This document shows, in pieces, positions 13,646 to 27,948 of a stretch of 64,000 nucleotides of DNA. The stretch comes from Octopus vulgaris (lineage: Eukaryota): NCBI GenBank assembly GCA_951406725.2, contig OX597818.1, positions 116,994,001-117,058,000 of the forward strand, given 5' to 3'. Each line of letters opens with the position of its first letter. Position 1 is the stretch's first letter. The notes under the pieces are model-generated. The model was given only the letters and a program-made list of their open reading frames with translations, ran no database searches and was not told where the DNA came from. The position numbers and the translations under genes are program-made.

Positions 13646-13893
13646 CACTCTTTTTTCAAGCCTAGCCAGGCCCTTGGGTCCGGTTTCCCGGTTTCAATGG
13701 CGTATGTGTTACCCAGCTGAACGGGACGCCAGTCTTTCGCAGCGTTACTCATTTTTGCCAGGTGAGTGGACTGGAGCAACGTGAAATGAAGTGTTTTGCT
13801 CAAGAACACAACGCGTCTCCCGGTCCAGGAATCGAAACCACAATCTTACGATCATGATGCTGACACCTAAACCACTAAGCCATGCGCCTCCAC
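13646..13893 (-). mobile_element. tRNA-derived CORE-like SINE family D
   Basis: Minus strand gtggaggcgcatggcttagtgg..ggtttcgattcc followed by ttgtgttcttgagcaaaacacttcatttcacgttgctccagtccactca. Confidence 0.8.
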
Positions 13894-15065
13894 AATTAGA
13901 TATAATACTGTTTTTTAAATGTTGTTTTAATATGGACTGCGCTGTCACTTTTGTAGAGAAAATAAAATATTTGTATTTAATATAAAAGAATTGTCTTAAA
14001 GATTTAATATAAAAAGATTTGTCTTTAAGAATTATCTTAAAGATAATACTTTTTGTCATGGGCAGAACCAGTTTTGACACTCAAAGCAAGTATCGCTTCA
14101 GAAGTATCGCTGTCGTCAGCTGTGACATCAAATAGGACATCGTTGTTAGAGATTAGCTATTACATAGTGAGTTAAAACTTGTCTTTTACGAAATCTTCCT
14201 ATTTATCGTCATTGACACAAACACACTCAACACATTCTGCTTGATGAGTATAACTGTTGTGGCCACGACATCAAGTCACACATCATTATAAGAAATGAAC
14301 AATTATATAGTGAGTGTCGAGCACTACCAGGCTTACTTTACCAGCGACCTGTACTGTTCACATTAAGTTATTTCGTTGAGCCAGTCTTTCCAAACATCCG
14401 GTATACTACTCCTATAACCCGCTAATTTTACAGAAACAATCCATCAATATATTCTTGTTCATTATAAATTTCTAGATTAACCAAATATTTATCGCAAGAA
14501 AGCACCAGCCCTTTGAATATATATATATCATCTATATTGTTTTTCATATTACTCATGGCGAAATTTTATAATAGTGACACGTGATATTTTCCGCTTTTTA
14601 TATATTTGTGACGTAAATTAATTACATATATTGTTCTATCTTCCTGGGTTTGTTTCATAAACGTAACGATAATTTAAGAATAATTACAAATGATACCCAA
14701 TTAACGACAATGATTAGAAGTTTGGCCTCTAACACTTTTCTGTTTAATTATGAAATGCTTATTAGAAAACATTCGATTCAATGATTACCCGGATGTTATT
14801 AACCGGAAGATGCTTTTCTTACAGAGTTAATGACAGCTCTTGCAAACATTCCTATTAATACGGGAAATACGTTTATATCAACATCTGTACATCCATAGGT
14901 CAATGAATGTGTGTGTGTGTATACATAAATGCATACATACGTATACACACACACACACATACGCACAAACATGCACACACATATATACAAGTGCTTCTGG
15001 TTATTTGACAAAACACATGACCATCCCCAACATAACAATATACATATATATATATATATACATAC

Positions 15066-15115
<50 letters not shown>

Positions 15116-15629
15116 ATATATATATATATATATATATTATATAGAGGGTACTATTATTCATAGGTACCGCACGCTAGGAGAGACTATTGCAGTCAAAACT
15201 ACTAAAATAAACAAATTATACCGAATGCAAAACTTCAAAGCAAGTCATTTAAAAACAGAATTTAGTTATAAATCACCTGTGATTTCGCAATCAATGCAGA
15301 ATATGCATTCTATGCTATTCAGTGCAATGAACTCAAGACATATAAGAAAAAACACAATATATATATATATATGAAGAAATTGATACATACATGGATAGAG
15401 AGGTATATGTAATATAAAACTTACTTGGAAGAGAATGCGTTGCGTTCAATCATATAAAGATATAAATAATATATGAATATATGCATATATACATACATAT
15501 ATGTACATACCTACATATATATGTATATATACATGCATATATAGGTACAGGACATCAGTAAGACTTTGAACACAATGAGAAACAAAAACATAAAAACAAA
15601 AACGTAGAAATGAAATTTTTTCGAACATC

Positions 15630-15782
15630 TTGTTTTTTTTCTGCTTATCTTTCTGTAGAAGAGCGTAGGCTCGAAACGTAAAAGACAATTTCTATTCCTG
15701 GGCGCTATACTAATACATCTGTTTGTTTGTACACTATCTGCCTTCGTCTTTTGTTTATTTTCGTAAACTTTCCCTTTATATG
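15630..15782 (+). mobile_element. TA-associated PLE-like element (family P2)
   Basis: Homologous to 18215-18395 (+) and 60830-60970 (-); ends in TA repeats; contains an HHR-like motif. Confidence 0.65.
15648..15685 (+). ncRNA. Minimal HHR-like motif, A6U core variant
   Basis: UCUUU-CUGUAGA-aGAGC-guag-GCUC-GAAA-CG-UA-AAAGA: stem I UCUUU/AAAGA, helix III ACGU, GUA triplet. Confidence 0.6.
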
Positions 15783-16071
15783 TAGGTATGTACATATATA
15801 TATATATAGATGCATATATTTATATATTATATATATTATTATATGTAATGTACATACTATGTATGTATTTATGTATGTATGTATATGCGTATGTATTTAT
15901 ATATATGCGTATGTATCTCGAAATGTATATCCCAGCAAAATTTGCGCACAGAGACTGAACCGACAAAGATACTGTTTCTCATTGTGTTTCAACATATGAT
16001 TTTACACAGAATTTTATAAATCACTTACGGAAATAGAAAGCATATGTGTGTGAGCTTGTGTCTGTGTGATT

Positions 16072-16186
<115 letters not shown>

Positions 16187-16310
16187 TATGCGTGAGTGCG
16201 TATGTGATTTTTTTAAAGAATAGTTTTGAGAGGGACATCGAATTTTCCTTCTGCTCAGCTTTGATGAAATCGTGGCGTATTTCAAATCATCTTGGCGTTA
16301 TATAGTCTCC

Positions 16311-16895
16311 CAAAGGCGGCGAGCTGGCGGAAACATCGTCTGCCGTTACGTTCTGAGTTCAAATTCTGCCGAGGTCGACTTTGCCTTTCATCTTTTCGGG
16401 GTCGATAAATTAAGTACCAGTTACGCACTGGGGATCGATACAATCGAGTTAGTCCGTTTGTCTGTCCTTGTTTGGCCCCCTCTGTGTTTAGCCCCTTGTG
16501 GGTAGTAAAGAAATATGTATTTCGTCTGTAGTTACGTTCTGAGTTCAAATCCGCCGAGGTCGACTTTGCCTTTCATCCTTTCGGGGTCGATAAATTAAGT
16601 ACCAGTTACGCACTGGGGTCGATATAATTGACTTAATCCGTTTGTCTGTCCTTGTTTGTTTCCTCTGCATGTAGCGGCTTGTGGGTAGTAAAGAAATAAG
16701 AAAAGTTAACAGCCGGGCGAAATGCTTAGCAGTATTTCGTCTGTCTTTACGGTCTGAGTTCAAATTTCGCGAAGGTGAACTTTGCATTTCTCTCTTTCGA
16801 GGTCGATGAATTAAGTACCAGTTGCATTCTGGCGTCGTTTTAATCGACTGGCCCCCTCTCTCAAAATTTCGGGCCTTGTGCCTAGAGTAGAAAAT
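16311..16895 (+). mobile_element. SINE family B, multimeric, with 14-bp TSD
   Basis: Head ggcggcgagctggc; repeated core gtcgactttgcctttcatcctttcggggtcgataaattaagtaccag; tail cttgtgcctagagtagaaaa; TSD gttatatagtctcc at 16297-16310 and 16896-16909. Confidence 0.9.
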
Positions 16896-17281
16896 GTTAT
16901 ATAGTCTCCGATAAGTTTATTTCTCCTGGTGTAAGTGGATTTTGGTTGAATCGTAAATATGTTGTAGTTTCAAATCAGATGGAAGAAGAGTATGAATGAC
17001 TTTTATTGACTAAAGTTGGACGTGTGCTGTTATTCAGAATTCAGTGAAGCATAAATCTTTGTAATTACCTTTGTTTCTTTAGGTTTGACAGTTTCATATC
17101 TTGGGGTTCTCTTTTAGGGTTCACAAAAGTATGTAGGTGAGTGAAAAGATTAGTCGATCAGCAGATGTGTATCTAGGTGTAGTTTGTGTTATTTGTGCTT
17201 TAAGGATTAAGAATCTTAAAGGTTCGTGGGTTAGATAATTTCTTTATTTTTAGTCGTTGTTTTTGAGAACAATTGCGTTGT

Positions 17282-17513
17282 TTGCAGCGAGGAAGGTGTT
17301 TATAAGCCGTTTAAGAAACACACAAAACCGTTAGATTCACTTCAACATTTAAATTTAATTTGTCAAAATATTTTCGTCGCTTTGAGACCAGTGAATCTAA
17401 CGGTTTTGTGTGTTTCTTAAATGATTTATAAACACCTTCCACGCTGCAATTGTTTTCGTTCCAGCACACGATCTCCGATCAAGTCACTCGCTATGCAAGT
17501 ACATCTCCGTAAT
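17282..17513. mobile_element. Fold-back element family P3, asymmetrically deleted copy
   Basis: Inverted arms 17282-17341 and 17390-17449; homologous to 22708-23050 and 31030-31198. Confidence 0.85.
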
Positions 17514-17936
17514 TGAGATGTTTGTTTTGGGAAAATGGAGGCTAATATTCGGATTTCACTAAAGCAGGTAAGACTTTGAAACTAGATGCGATAATATCGG
17601 TGTGCTCGCTTAAGTTTTATGGTGGTTTAGCACAGATATTCGCTTAGCATGTGCTTTAATGCTGGCAAAACGATGTAGGTAGGCGGAAAGGTTAGATGTT
17701 AAGAAGATGTCTAAACAGAAGTTAATTGTTTTTGATGTTATTTGATTACGATTTAGAAACTTTAACCTTTGTGTTTTGCAGAGCTAAAATGTATTGAATA
17801 TGGTTTTATAAATATATACTCTATTCGATTTCTTGCATGGATATCAGTAATTATATTTGCAACATATTAATTTGGACCTATCTCTGAATATACGCAAATG
17901 TAGGGGCGACATGAAAACATATGTATATTCTTACGC

Positions 17937-18000
<64 letters not shown>

Positions 18001-18214
18001 AAACATACATATACACATATATGATTAATCAAAGCACATACTTTTGGGGCCTGCAATCGCCTATATTACTAATTCTGTTATTATCATTTTTAAATTGTTA
18101 CAATAGATAATAACAGAGTCAATGATATCTACAGAAATGATTTTTTCATGAATTATTTTTACTCGTGAATTATTTGCTCCGTGTATTATATATATATATG
18201 ATACATGATAGATC

Positions 18215-18395
18215 AGTAGCCACTACACACAATTTTTTTTTCTCTCCTTGTTTTTCTCTGCGTTCCTTTCTGTAGAAGAGCGTAGGCTTGAAACGTAAAA
18301 TACTTTTTCAATTCCCTAGCGTTATACTAATACACCTGTTTGTTTTGTACACCACCTGTCTTCGGCTTTTGTTTTTTTCGTGAACTCACCTTATA
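18215..18395 (+). mobile_element. Family P2 copy with HHR-like motif at 18266-18301
   Basis: ctttctgtagaagagcgtaggcttgaaacgtaaaa; downstream sequence is homologous to 15686-15782. Confidence 0.65.
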
Positions 18396-18404
18396 TATAA
18401 TATA

Positions 18405-18561
18405 AGGAGTGGCTGTGTGGTAAGTAGCTTGCTAACCAGCCACATGGTTCCGGGTTCTGTCCCACTGCGTGGCATCTTGGGCGAGTGTCTTCTGCTATAG
18501 CCCTGGGCCGACCAATGCCTTGTGAGTGGATTTAGTAGACGGAAACTGAAAGAAGCCTGTC

Positions 18562-18651
<90 letters not shown>

Positions 18652-18880
18652 GTATGTGTGTGCGTGTGTGTGTGTTTGTGTGTCTATGTTTGTCCCCCTA
18701 GCATTGCTTGACAACCAATGCTGATGTGTTTACGTTGCCGTCACTTAGCGGTTTGGCAAAAGAGTCCGATAGAATAAGTACTGGGCTGACAAAGAATAAG
18801 TCCCGGGGTCGATATGCTCGGCTAAAGGCGGTGCTCCAGCATGGCCGCAGTCAAATGACTGAAACAAGTAAAGAAAGAGA

Positions 18881-18881
<1 letters not shown>
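18405..18881 (+). mobile_element. SINE family A, full length
   Basis: Same head, internal microsatellite and tail as 12903-13368. Confidence 0.9.
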
Positions 18882-18966
<85 letters not shown>

Positions 18967-20070
18967 ATGGATATGGAATACATTCTCAACGCAACTTTCA
19001 TATGAGAATATATGATAATTTTAAAGTATTGTGGGGACATGTTGTGTTAATCTAAATTCACTCTATCATTGGATCAGTTAATCGAAAATATCAAGTTGAT
19101 ATTTTCAATTTACGACTACATCGAGAAAAATTAATGACTTACTCACTACCTTCATAAATCATTCCTTTCTACAAGCAATGTCTAAAACGATTAGTAGTTG
19201 AGATATATAGTCTATAACGGGTGCCATTACTTAGAGATCTGTATCATAAAGCATGGTAACACGATAATCGTAAGTTGCCTTCCTTCAGTACTTAGCTGTT
19301 GCAAATAACTAGTTTGGAAATCTCTTGGACTTGTTTCTGAAAGGAAAAATAATCTTTCAGGAAATAAGACTCTACAGAAATATAGTATAGAACTGGATGT
19401 GTAACAGTAATGCTTTTCTTAACACGAAATTCCATCATCTAAAAATACTATTGATGCAACAATTCATCGGTTATCATAACATTTGTAATGGGTAATATTA
19501 CAAAAACGAAAGAAATCGATCATAAATGTTTTTGAAATTAACCATTTTATTTCGAGTCTGCCATTACCTCACGCCCACATTATGTGTATATACATTATAG
19601 AAACTCTCGCCTTGTTTTAAAGCATTATAAACCTCCGATGTAATTTCATGTGTACAACATTAATTAAATATTCCGGAGGACGTCCTAGCAACAATTAACG
19701 CACCGTCTAGCTTGAAATTCAAATTATGCTATCTCATCCGATCATGGAGCCTGGTTTACATTAAATGATTAAAATATTGTGTTCTATAATTATATAAACG
19801 AAGAATTGTTAGATGATGCTTTTCTGCATGATAAAAATATTGACCAATTCTTCCAGAAACAATTATACAAACGATAATGAATTGTAATCTGCGTGGCTGG
19901 AATTGACATTATTGATTCACTGAAGCAAAAATTGAAATAAGCATAGGACATACTAAGGAGGGATGAAAATAGAAGTTCTGGTAGAAACATCAGCGTTAAA
20001 AACTGCAGCTTCTGATAGATTATTCTTATATTGTTTTACTCGTGTAGTCATTTGACGAGTGTCAAGTTGA

Positions 20071-20486
20071 GGCGAGCTGGCAGAGACGTTTGCACGCCGG
20101 GCGAAATACTTAGCGGTATTTCGTCTGCCGTTACGTTCTGAGTTCAAATTCCGACGAGGTCGACTTTGCCTTTCATCCTTTCGAGGTCGATAAAATTAAG
20201 TACCGGTTACGCACTGGGTCGATTTAATCTACTAAATCCGTTTGTCTGTCCTTGTTTGTCCTCTCTGTGTTTAGCCCTTTGTGGGTAGTAAAATAATAGG
20301 TATTTCGTCTGTCTTTACGTTCTGAGTTCAAATTCCGACGAGGTCGACTTTGTCTTTCATCCTTTCGGGGTCGATAAAATTAAGTACCAGTTATGCACTA
20401 GGGTCGATATAATCGACTTAATCCGTTTGTCTTTCCTTGTTTGTCCTCTCTGTGTTTAGCCCCTTGTGGGTAGTAAAGAAATAGGA
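20071..20486 (+). mobile_element. SINE family B dimer with TSD
   Basis: Two core units; flanking direct repeat tgtcaagttgagg at 20060-20072 and 20487-20499. Confidence 0.9.
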
Positions 20487-21791
20487 TGTCAAGTTGAGGT
20501 ACCGCTTGGAAGTGCTTAATTGGAGGGATTAATCAAATAAATGGGTACTCATCTTTATTCCAAGTCTGATTCTTATGTTGTTGGTCCATCTTGCAGAGCA
20601 TATATGTTAAATGGACGTGCATAAAGAATACCCAGTTGTGAATCAGTGTGAGGATAAACACAAAAACACCCACAAATACGTATATATATATATACATATG
20701 CGTGTATAAATGTGTAGGAATATATACACTTTTTTTCTGCAAAATAGGGGTAGCTTATCCTGTTCAAGCTATATTATTTGCATTAACCTACGTTTGAGAA
20801 TTTAAAATTACTTCTTTAAACTTGTTAGACATCTCAACGCTTCTAAAGCAAACCTCGCTTGTTTGTTTACGTTCATCGTGATTTGAATTTATATATATAT
20901 ATATATATATTTATAAATTCTGTCCACCAAATTCGATCAAACTATATGAATTTTAAAAATAAACGGAATATCCACTGATAGTTTAGTATTTCACTCACAA
21001 AAGTAGGTGGGTAATATCTGGAGTTTATTTCTTCATAAGTATGCTCAATCAGAGATTTCTTTAAAAATAGCCAATAGCCAAAACAACAGCAACAAAAATA
21101 AATAAAAAAACAAAGTGACAAAAAGTATATTACACGGTTCAAACTACCACTATTTTAGAACTGGATTAGCAGTTTAATATCACATCAAACGAAGAGGATA
21201 CTACACTCTCGGTTCAAATGTATATTTTATAACAAAATGTTTTGGCAAATTCAGGATATTCTATATTTTTTTTTTTTTTGTATATAAGTCATTGGGTTAT
21301 CATACAGAAATGAGTCTTAATAGTTTTGAGGAGACAAGGAACGGAGAGAAGCGAGAGAATTGGAGCTGATAAAAACGCTGTTAAAATATACTAAAATAAT
21401 AAGAACGAACGAAGATACACACACGCATGTATGTATATATATATATATATATATATGTTTGTGTCTGAGTGCGTGTATTTCTATATGATTGTATGTATGA
21501 GCTGTAAAGGCAGAATTATCTCCATATGAGGCTTTATTTAGAATCTGTTAACGTGTGCTTACGTTTACAAATGTGACAGAAAATCGGTAAAAAACCAGCG
21601 GCATATGTAGATAATTGGACGTTAACCAACTGGTTGTTTCTTCGCTTACGTCTTGCTAGCAATTCATATATTATTTACACACACTCATATATACATATAT
21701 GCATGCATACATAGACGCACACAGACGCATACACACATATACACATAACTGTATTCATATGCCTGTATATATATAAACACATGTATACATG

Positions 21792-21833
<42 letters not shown>

Positions 21834-21899
21834 CACCTACATATATACCTATATATCTATATATACATACATATTTACACCTACATACATACGTACATA

Positions 21900-21930
<31 letters not shown>

Positions 21931-22603
21931 GTACATATATATACATAATTCATACATACGTAAATATATATGTATATATATATTATATTTATATATATAC
22001 ACATAAATACATATATATTATATATAAATTCATATATATATAAATATATATATATGTATATATATATAAACATATATATATATATACAAATATAGATATA
22101 TATATATATAAATAAATATGTATGAATAAATAAATAAATAAACAAAAAAAAAATATATATATATATATAGTATTATTAGTGAATTGAAGAAATGGAGTTG
22201 AACGAAGATTGAACAGAATTCCTTTTATTGCATTCTACACATGTTTCAAAAGCCACAATTTTCCAAATTCTGATTAAATAAGGATCCCATATTGTGGCTT
22301 TCTTGTGGTATCGGTTAAACTTTTGATTAATCTGCAACAAGATTATTCATCGTTCTATTTTACCAAACATATATATATATATATATATAGTGAATTGTTA
22401 TAGATTCTTCACATTATCAAGAATAAGAAACATTATTCAATATGAGCCAGCTTAGCATTCTATATGTTTTCGTGGATTTCCTAAATTTTCTTTCTTTGAC
22501 GTTACAAATATTGCCAAATATCTCGAACTCTATGAAACTTCCCAACAGAACAAACATTAAGCATCAATCTGATAAGTTTATAATAAACTATGTCGGACTT
22601 ATG

Positions 22604-23182
<579 letters not shown>

Positions 23183-23534
23183 CATTTGTATAATTCTTTA
23201 TCATTGCTTTCGTCCGTTTAATTAAAGTCTTCAGATATAATGCACAGAAATTTTTTTCGCCCGTACATACAACTCATATAGAGGGTACTGTCTTTTTCTT
23301 TTAGAGGAGGAGAAAGCGATAAGAGGAAGGATGGAGAGGGAGAGAGAGAGAGGAAGAGATGGAGAGATATGAAAGTATAAGATATCGTGTATCTTTGGAT
23401 GGTCTTTGACTAACACGCCGTTGATGCTAAATGACCTCCTAAGTTATGAATTTTGTGTTTTGGAGAAGGGGAGAAAGAGAGAAAGATAGGAAAAAAGAAC
23501 AAGAAAGAAAGAGAAAGAAGAGAAATGGGGAAGC

Positions 23535-24142
23535 GAGTCAAAGCGGAATTTGAATTCAAAATGTAGTGGCAAACGAAATATCGCTCAGCTTTTCGCCCGG
23601 TGTGCTAACGATTCTGCTACCACGCCGCCTACCATATATAAAAGTAATGAAAAGTAACTAAATCCCAGAAATAAACAGGGTGCTTAAACATCACAGGTTA
23701 TTGGCGAGCTGGCAGAACCGTTAGCACGCCGGGCGAAATGCATAGCCGTATTTCGTCTGCCGTTACGTTCTGAGTTCAAATCCGCCGAGGCCGACTTTGC
23801 CGTTCATCCTTTCGAGGTCGATAAATTAAGTACCAGTTACGCACTGGGGTCGATGTAATCGACTTGATACCTATGTCTGTCCTTGTTTGTCCCCTCTATG
23901 TTTAGCCCCTTGTGGTGAATAAAGAAATAGGTTTCAAGTTTTGGCTCAAGACCTTCAATTTTGAGGGAGGGTTAAAATTGATTTCATTGCCTCCAAAACT
24001 CAACTGGTATTTATTTTACGACCGGGAAAGGAAGAAAGACAATGCTGATCCCGGTGGTATTTGAACTCAAAAGGTGAAGCCAGAAGAAATGCTGCTAAGT
24101 ATTGTTTTTCTCGCGTTCACGCGTGCGCCAGGTCGCTGCCTT
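23535..24142. mobile_element. Cluster of SINE family B copies (- 23535-23630, + 23703-23931, degenerate - 23935-24142)
   Basis: Head and core motifs recognisable on both strands. Confidence 0.8.
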
Positions 24143-24436
24143 AAAAAATTTACCGCGAGTCATTCTGTAGGAGGTTTTAACAACTCGGCCATTTTGACAA
24201 CCCAACGTCACAGCGTATTAAAATTTATTTTAGTGATGTTTGAATAAAAATAATATGTAGGAAAGAAGCTGAACTCTAAACTTGGCGAGATTAATGAAAC
24301 GGTTAAGACTTTACTAATTTATAAGTTCTTTGTTGCGCCTATGATCGGAACTTTAGGAAGATTGTTATGCCACTACAGTTTAATTATGATTAATTAATAA
24401 TCGGGGATTAATTCTGTTTCAATTCAAAATAATACG

Positions 24437-24705
24437 AAGGCGATGTGTTGTCAGAATCGCTAGTGCGCTTGGGAAAAAATGCTTAGCAGCATTTTGCTTG
24501 TCTTTACACACTGAGTTCAAACTCCACAGATGTCAGCTTTGCCTTGCGTCCTTTCGTAGTTGATAAATTAAGTACCAGTTGAGAGCACTTGTCTATCTCA
24601 AAATTTCACTTCTTGTGCCAAAATTTGAAAACAATATATAAGAATAAAATATCATTAACGGCGGTGCTCCAGCATGGCCACAGCTATGAGCTGAAATTGA
24701 TAAAA
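24437..24705 (+). mobile_element. Degenerate SINE B followed by a short LINE/SINE-A-type 3' tail
   Basis: ctgagttcaaactcc..gataaattaagtaccag, then ggcggtgctccagcatggccacagctatgagctgaaa. Confidence 0.65.
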
Positions 24706-25689
24706 ATTTTGTCGGTCTTGTTTTCGCGATAATTATGATTTCACGGTCAATTTGTGGATAATTCTTTGCTGATAATCTTTCTACGTGCCTATGGCAAGCG
24801 ATTATACAGATCAATAAATTTGATAAATAAAAGAAAATACAATGAATTCCAGGCAACCAATTTTAAATATTAATAAACAACAAAATTATTAATAAGCAAC
24901 AACATTTTATCCGACGCAAATAAAATATTAAATCAATTATTAACAAAGATCAATATCAAACAACTATTTTGCTCCGAATTTCCAATACTTAAGCGAATTA
25001 TTTTTTTTATGTGTATACGCATATCTTTGGTCATGTTTCCCAAATATATGACAAGCAGATATAAACTTTTCTCTGAATCATTGAGACCCTTCATGAGAAG
25101 AGATAAATGATTGCTCCATTCTGTTTTTTTTCTTTTTGTCTTGTAATTGTTATTTCAGTTAGAAAACAAATTTAAATGGTTTGTAATATTCCATGACTCT
25201 TTCTGTGACTCATGACTCCTTTTGTGATTCATCTTATCACCCTTTTGAAATATTGATTTCATTTCTAGATCTGTTTCTTTTCTCTGGACTAGAGAGTTTA
25301 ATTTATGGCGTATAATTATGTTGAGAACCAAAGATGTCACAGATCAGCGTCCGCCTAAATCCTAGCATCAGACGGTCGTTATGATATCTGAGGGTACTTG
25401 AGTGCTTCCAGCTTTGGACTTTGGAGTCACATTCGCTTTCATCGCAGTGAACACAGACTTTGTCATCCTCTGACACCGAGGAACTACCAACTATATAATT
25501 GTGTAGATAAAAATCGTATAATTTTTACAGTACATTTACAAATCATATCTGTAGGTACAGAATACTTATTAAAGTTATGATGATATATTCGTATCACAAT
25601 TAAATGAATATAATGGAGTTTCATCAGTAGTCCATTAAAGCTCAATTCAAATATTTCGTCTGTAAGACTTATTTTTCATTTAATAGTTG

Positions 25690-26150
25690 TCCTACAATTT
25701 TTGCGTGATTGCACCAAAATGTCCACTACGAGTGGCACAAATACCAAAGACACTTCTTTTACTATACATCCATGGAAATACCTTTTTTCCTTTTCTGTTA
25801 TTTCTGAGTGTTCATCTTTCTTGTTCTTACTCTGTTGCCACGTAAAAAAAGCTGTATCAGTTACCATCCCGTGTTTTATCTTTTTGTTGACAATAAAGAT
25901 ATCTGACATTTTCAGTTCCATTACATGGTGGCTTTGGATACTTAAATCCTACATCCGCTTAATGTTCCCATTTCTTTTCAAAGAATTAAGTTTATGTTCA
26001 TTCTGTTCCGTATATTGCCTCTGTCCAAATTCTATTTTCCATACAACATCAAATGAACAATGCTCGTAATATTGTCTTGTCTCATTTCTATTATCTTTCT
26101 GCGAAATTTACTGCATTTGCTCACTATATGGCTGATGAAGTCAATTCTGT
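25690..26150 (-). pseudogene. Highly decayed R4/Dong-type LINE endonuclease region
   Basis: Minus-strand peptides ISHIVSKCSKF..RQDNITSIVH, DLSIQSHHVMELKMSDIFIVNKK and FVPLVVDIL parallel HIISGC..RHD..IHW, WD..IQ..PDIV and P++IGALG of the 57.5-59.7 kb elements. Confidence 0.55.
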
Positions 26151-26984
26151 TTTTGTTTTTTGCGCTAAATTATCTATATCAGCCATTCCAAGTTTCCATT
26201 GCCAAACATCATTCCAGTTCCTACTCCTCTTTTCAACGCCCAGCCACCGACATCATATCATAATCCATATTTTCTATGATTTCACTAACGTGTACAAACA
26301 TGGCTTCGAAATATTTGCGTGTGTGATTTCCCCATTGAAATTTTCTACAAATACATTGAAGAAATCAATGTATCTTTAGTTGCAACCCTTCGTTTTGAAA
26401 TTACTGTTACTCCTCACCAACTCATATCATACCCTCCATTTCTTTCATCGGTACTTCCCTGCCCGCACTTCCCAACTCCTTTTGACAATGGACGCTAAAT
26501 CCCTCCACACAGTCATCATACACAACGACTTGTTCCTTGCAATGAGATACTCCCTGGACCGTGTAGCGTTGCCATCTCTCTGATTAACAACAAACTCAAT
26601 CACTACATCACCATTGTGAATTCATTTCATCCTGGAGAGATGACGTAAGAATTGTTTTAAGATATCGGAGATTTTGTTTTGCTCCGAGCAATCAAATTGT
26701 ATTTTCTATATTTATCTTGTACAAACCATCTAAGTCCCACTTGTAACCTACTAATACCAAATTTCAATCTACTCACCACAAATATATCATTCATTGATTC
26801 TCAGATTAAAGCACCTTTGTTACCTAAAACATTACGTTTATTTTGTACATATATGGTTTCGCGCCCCTTTCTAATATATACTCACTCCTTTATCAAATGT
26901 GTTGAAATTAAATGATATATCCTCAATGATTAGACCCAACAAAATGTTTCTCATAAATATATACATAGGGTTTCATATATAAAT

Positions 26985-27212
26985 GTATATGTTTGTGTTT
27001 GTGTTTCTGTGTTTGCGCCCCCAATACCGCTTGACAACCGACAGTGGTGTGCTTACGTCCCTGTAACGTGGTGGTTCGGCAAAAGCGAGCGATAGAATGC
27101 GTACTAGGCTTATAAGGAATAAGTCCTGGGGTCGATTTCCTCGACTAAAGGCGGTGCTCCAGCATGGCCGCAGTCAAATGACTGAAACAAGTAACAGAGT
27201 AAAAGAGTAACA
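26985..27212 (+). mobile_element. SINE family A, 3' half
   Basis: cgcttgacaaccg..aagtcctggggtcgat..ggcggtgctccagcatggccgcagtcaaatgactgaaac. Confidence 0.85.
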
Positions 27213-27578
27213 GATTATTATACGAACAAATTCTACGTGCAGGAATAAGCACGCAACAATTTTAGGTTTTTTTCTGTTTCTTACTGGTATTCTTTTATGA
27301 ATAAATTATAATCTACTTTATCCTTTCTAAAATCTATTTATGCCCAAATTTGTATTCTTCTCTTATAAATTCATCCTTATTCTGTTTACTAAATATATCT
27401 TTAGCATTCTGTGGAAATGGCGTCGTGCTATAAGCTTCTCTAAAATTATAATTACACAAACAACAATTAAAATCATAACATAAGACACTGCTATAATTGT
27501 ATAATATAATGCAGTATAAGCTATAGAATTATCATATTTGTATTTAACACAGACTATAACGTACATATACATATATAC

Positions 27579-27619
<41 letters not shown>

Positions 27620-27891
27620 TATACACTCTGAGTATATTTAAACCTCTTATAGGCATAGTTTTATCCAAGATAACCGAGCACACACACAAACGCATATACA
27701 CACTCCCTCACATATGTAAGTATGTATGTATATATATCTTATAAAATTGATAAAACTAGTAGATTCAAATTTGGGCGATAAGTGAAAAAACCATTGTGTT
27801 CAACAGAGGTTTGTACAGCGAAACATTTATTTGTTTCTGTCCAAAACATTTTATCTTTCATTCCTCAAGTTCACTCCGCTGCATTTAACGA

Positions 27892-27948
<57 letters not shown>

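Noticed and set aside
20921-20940. Solo copy of the 26-bp satellite core (also near 3600)
   Set aside because: Too short to exclude chance
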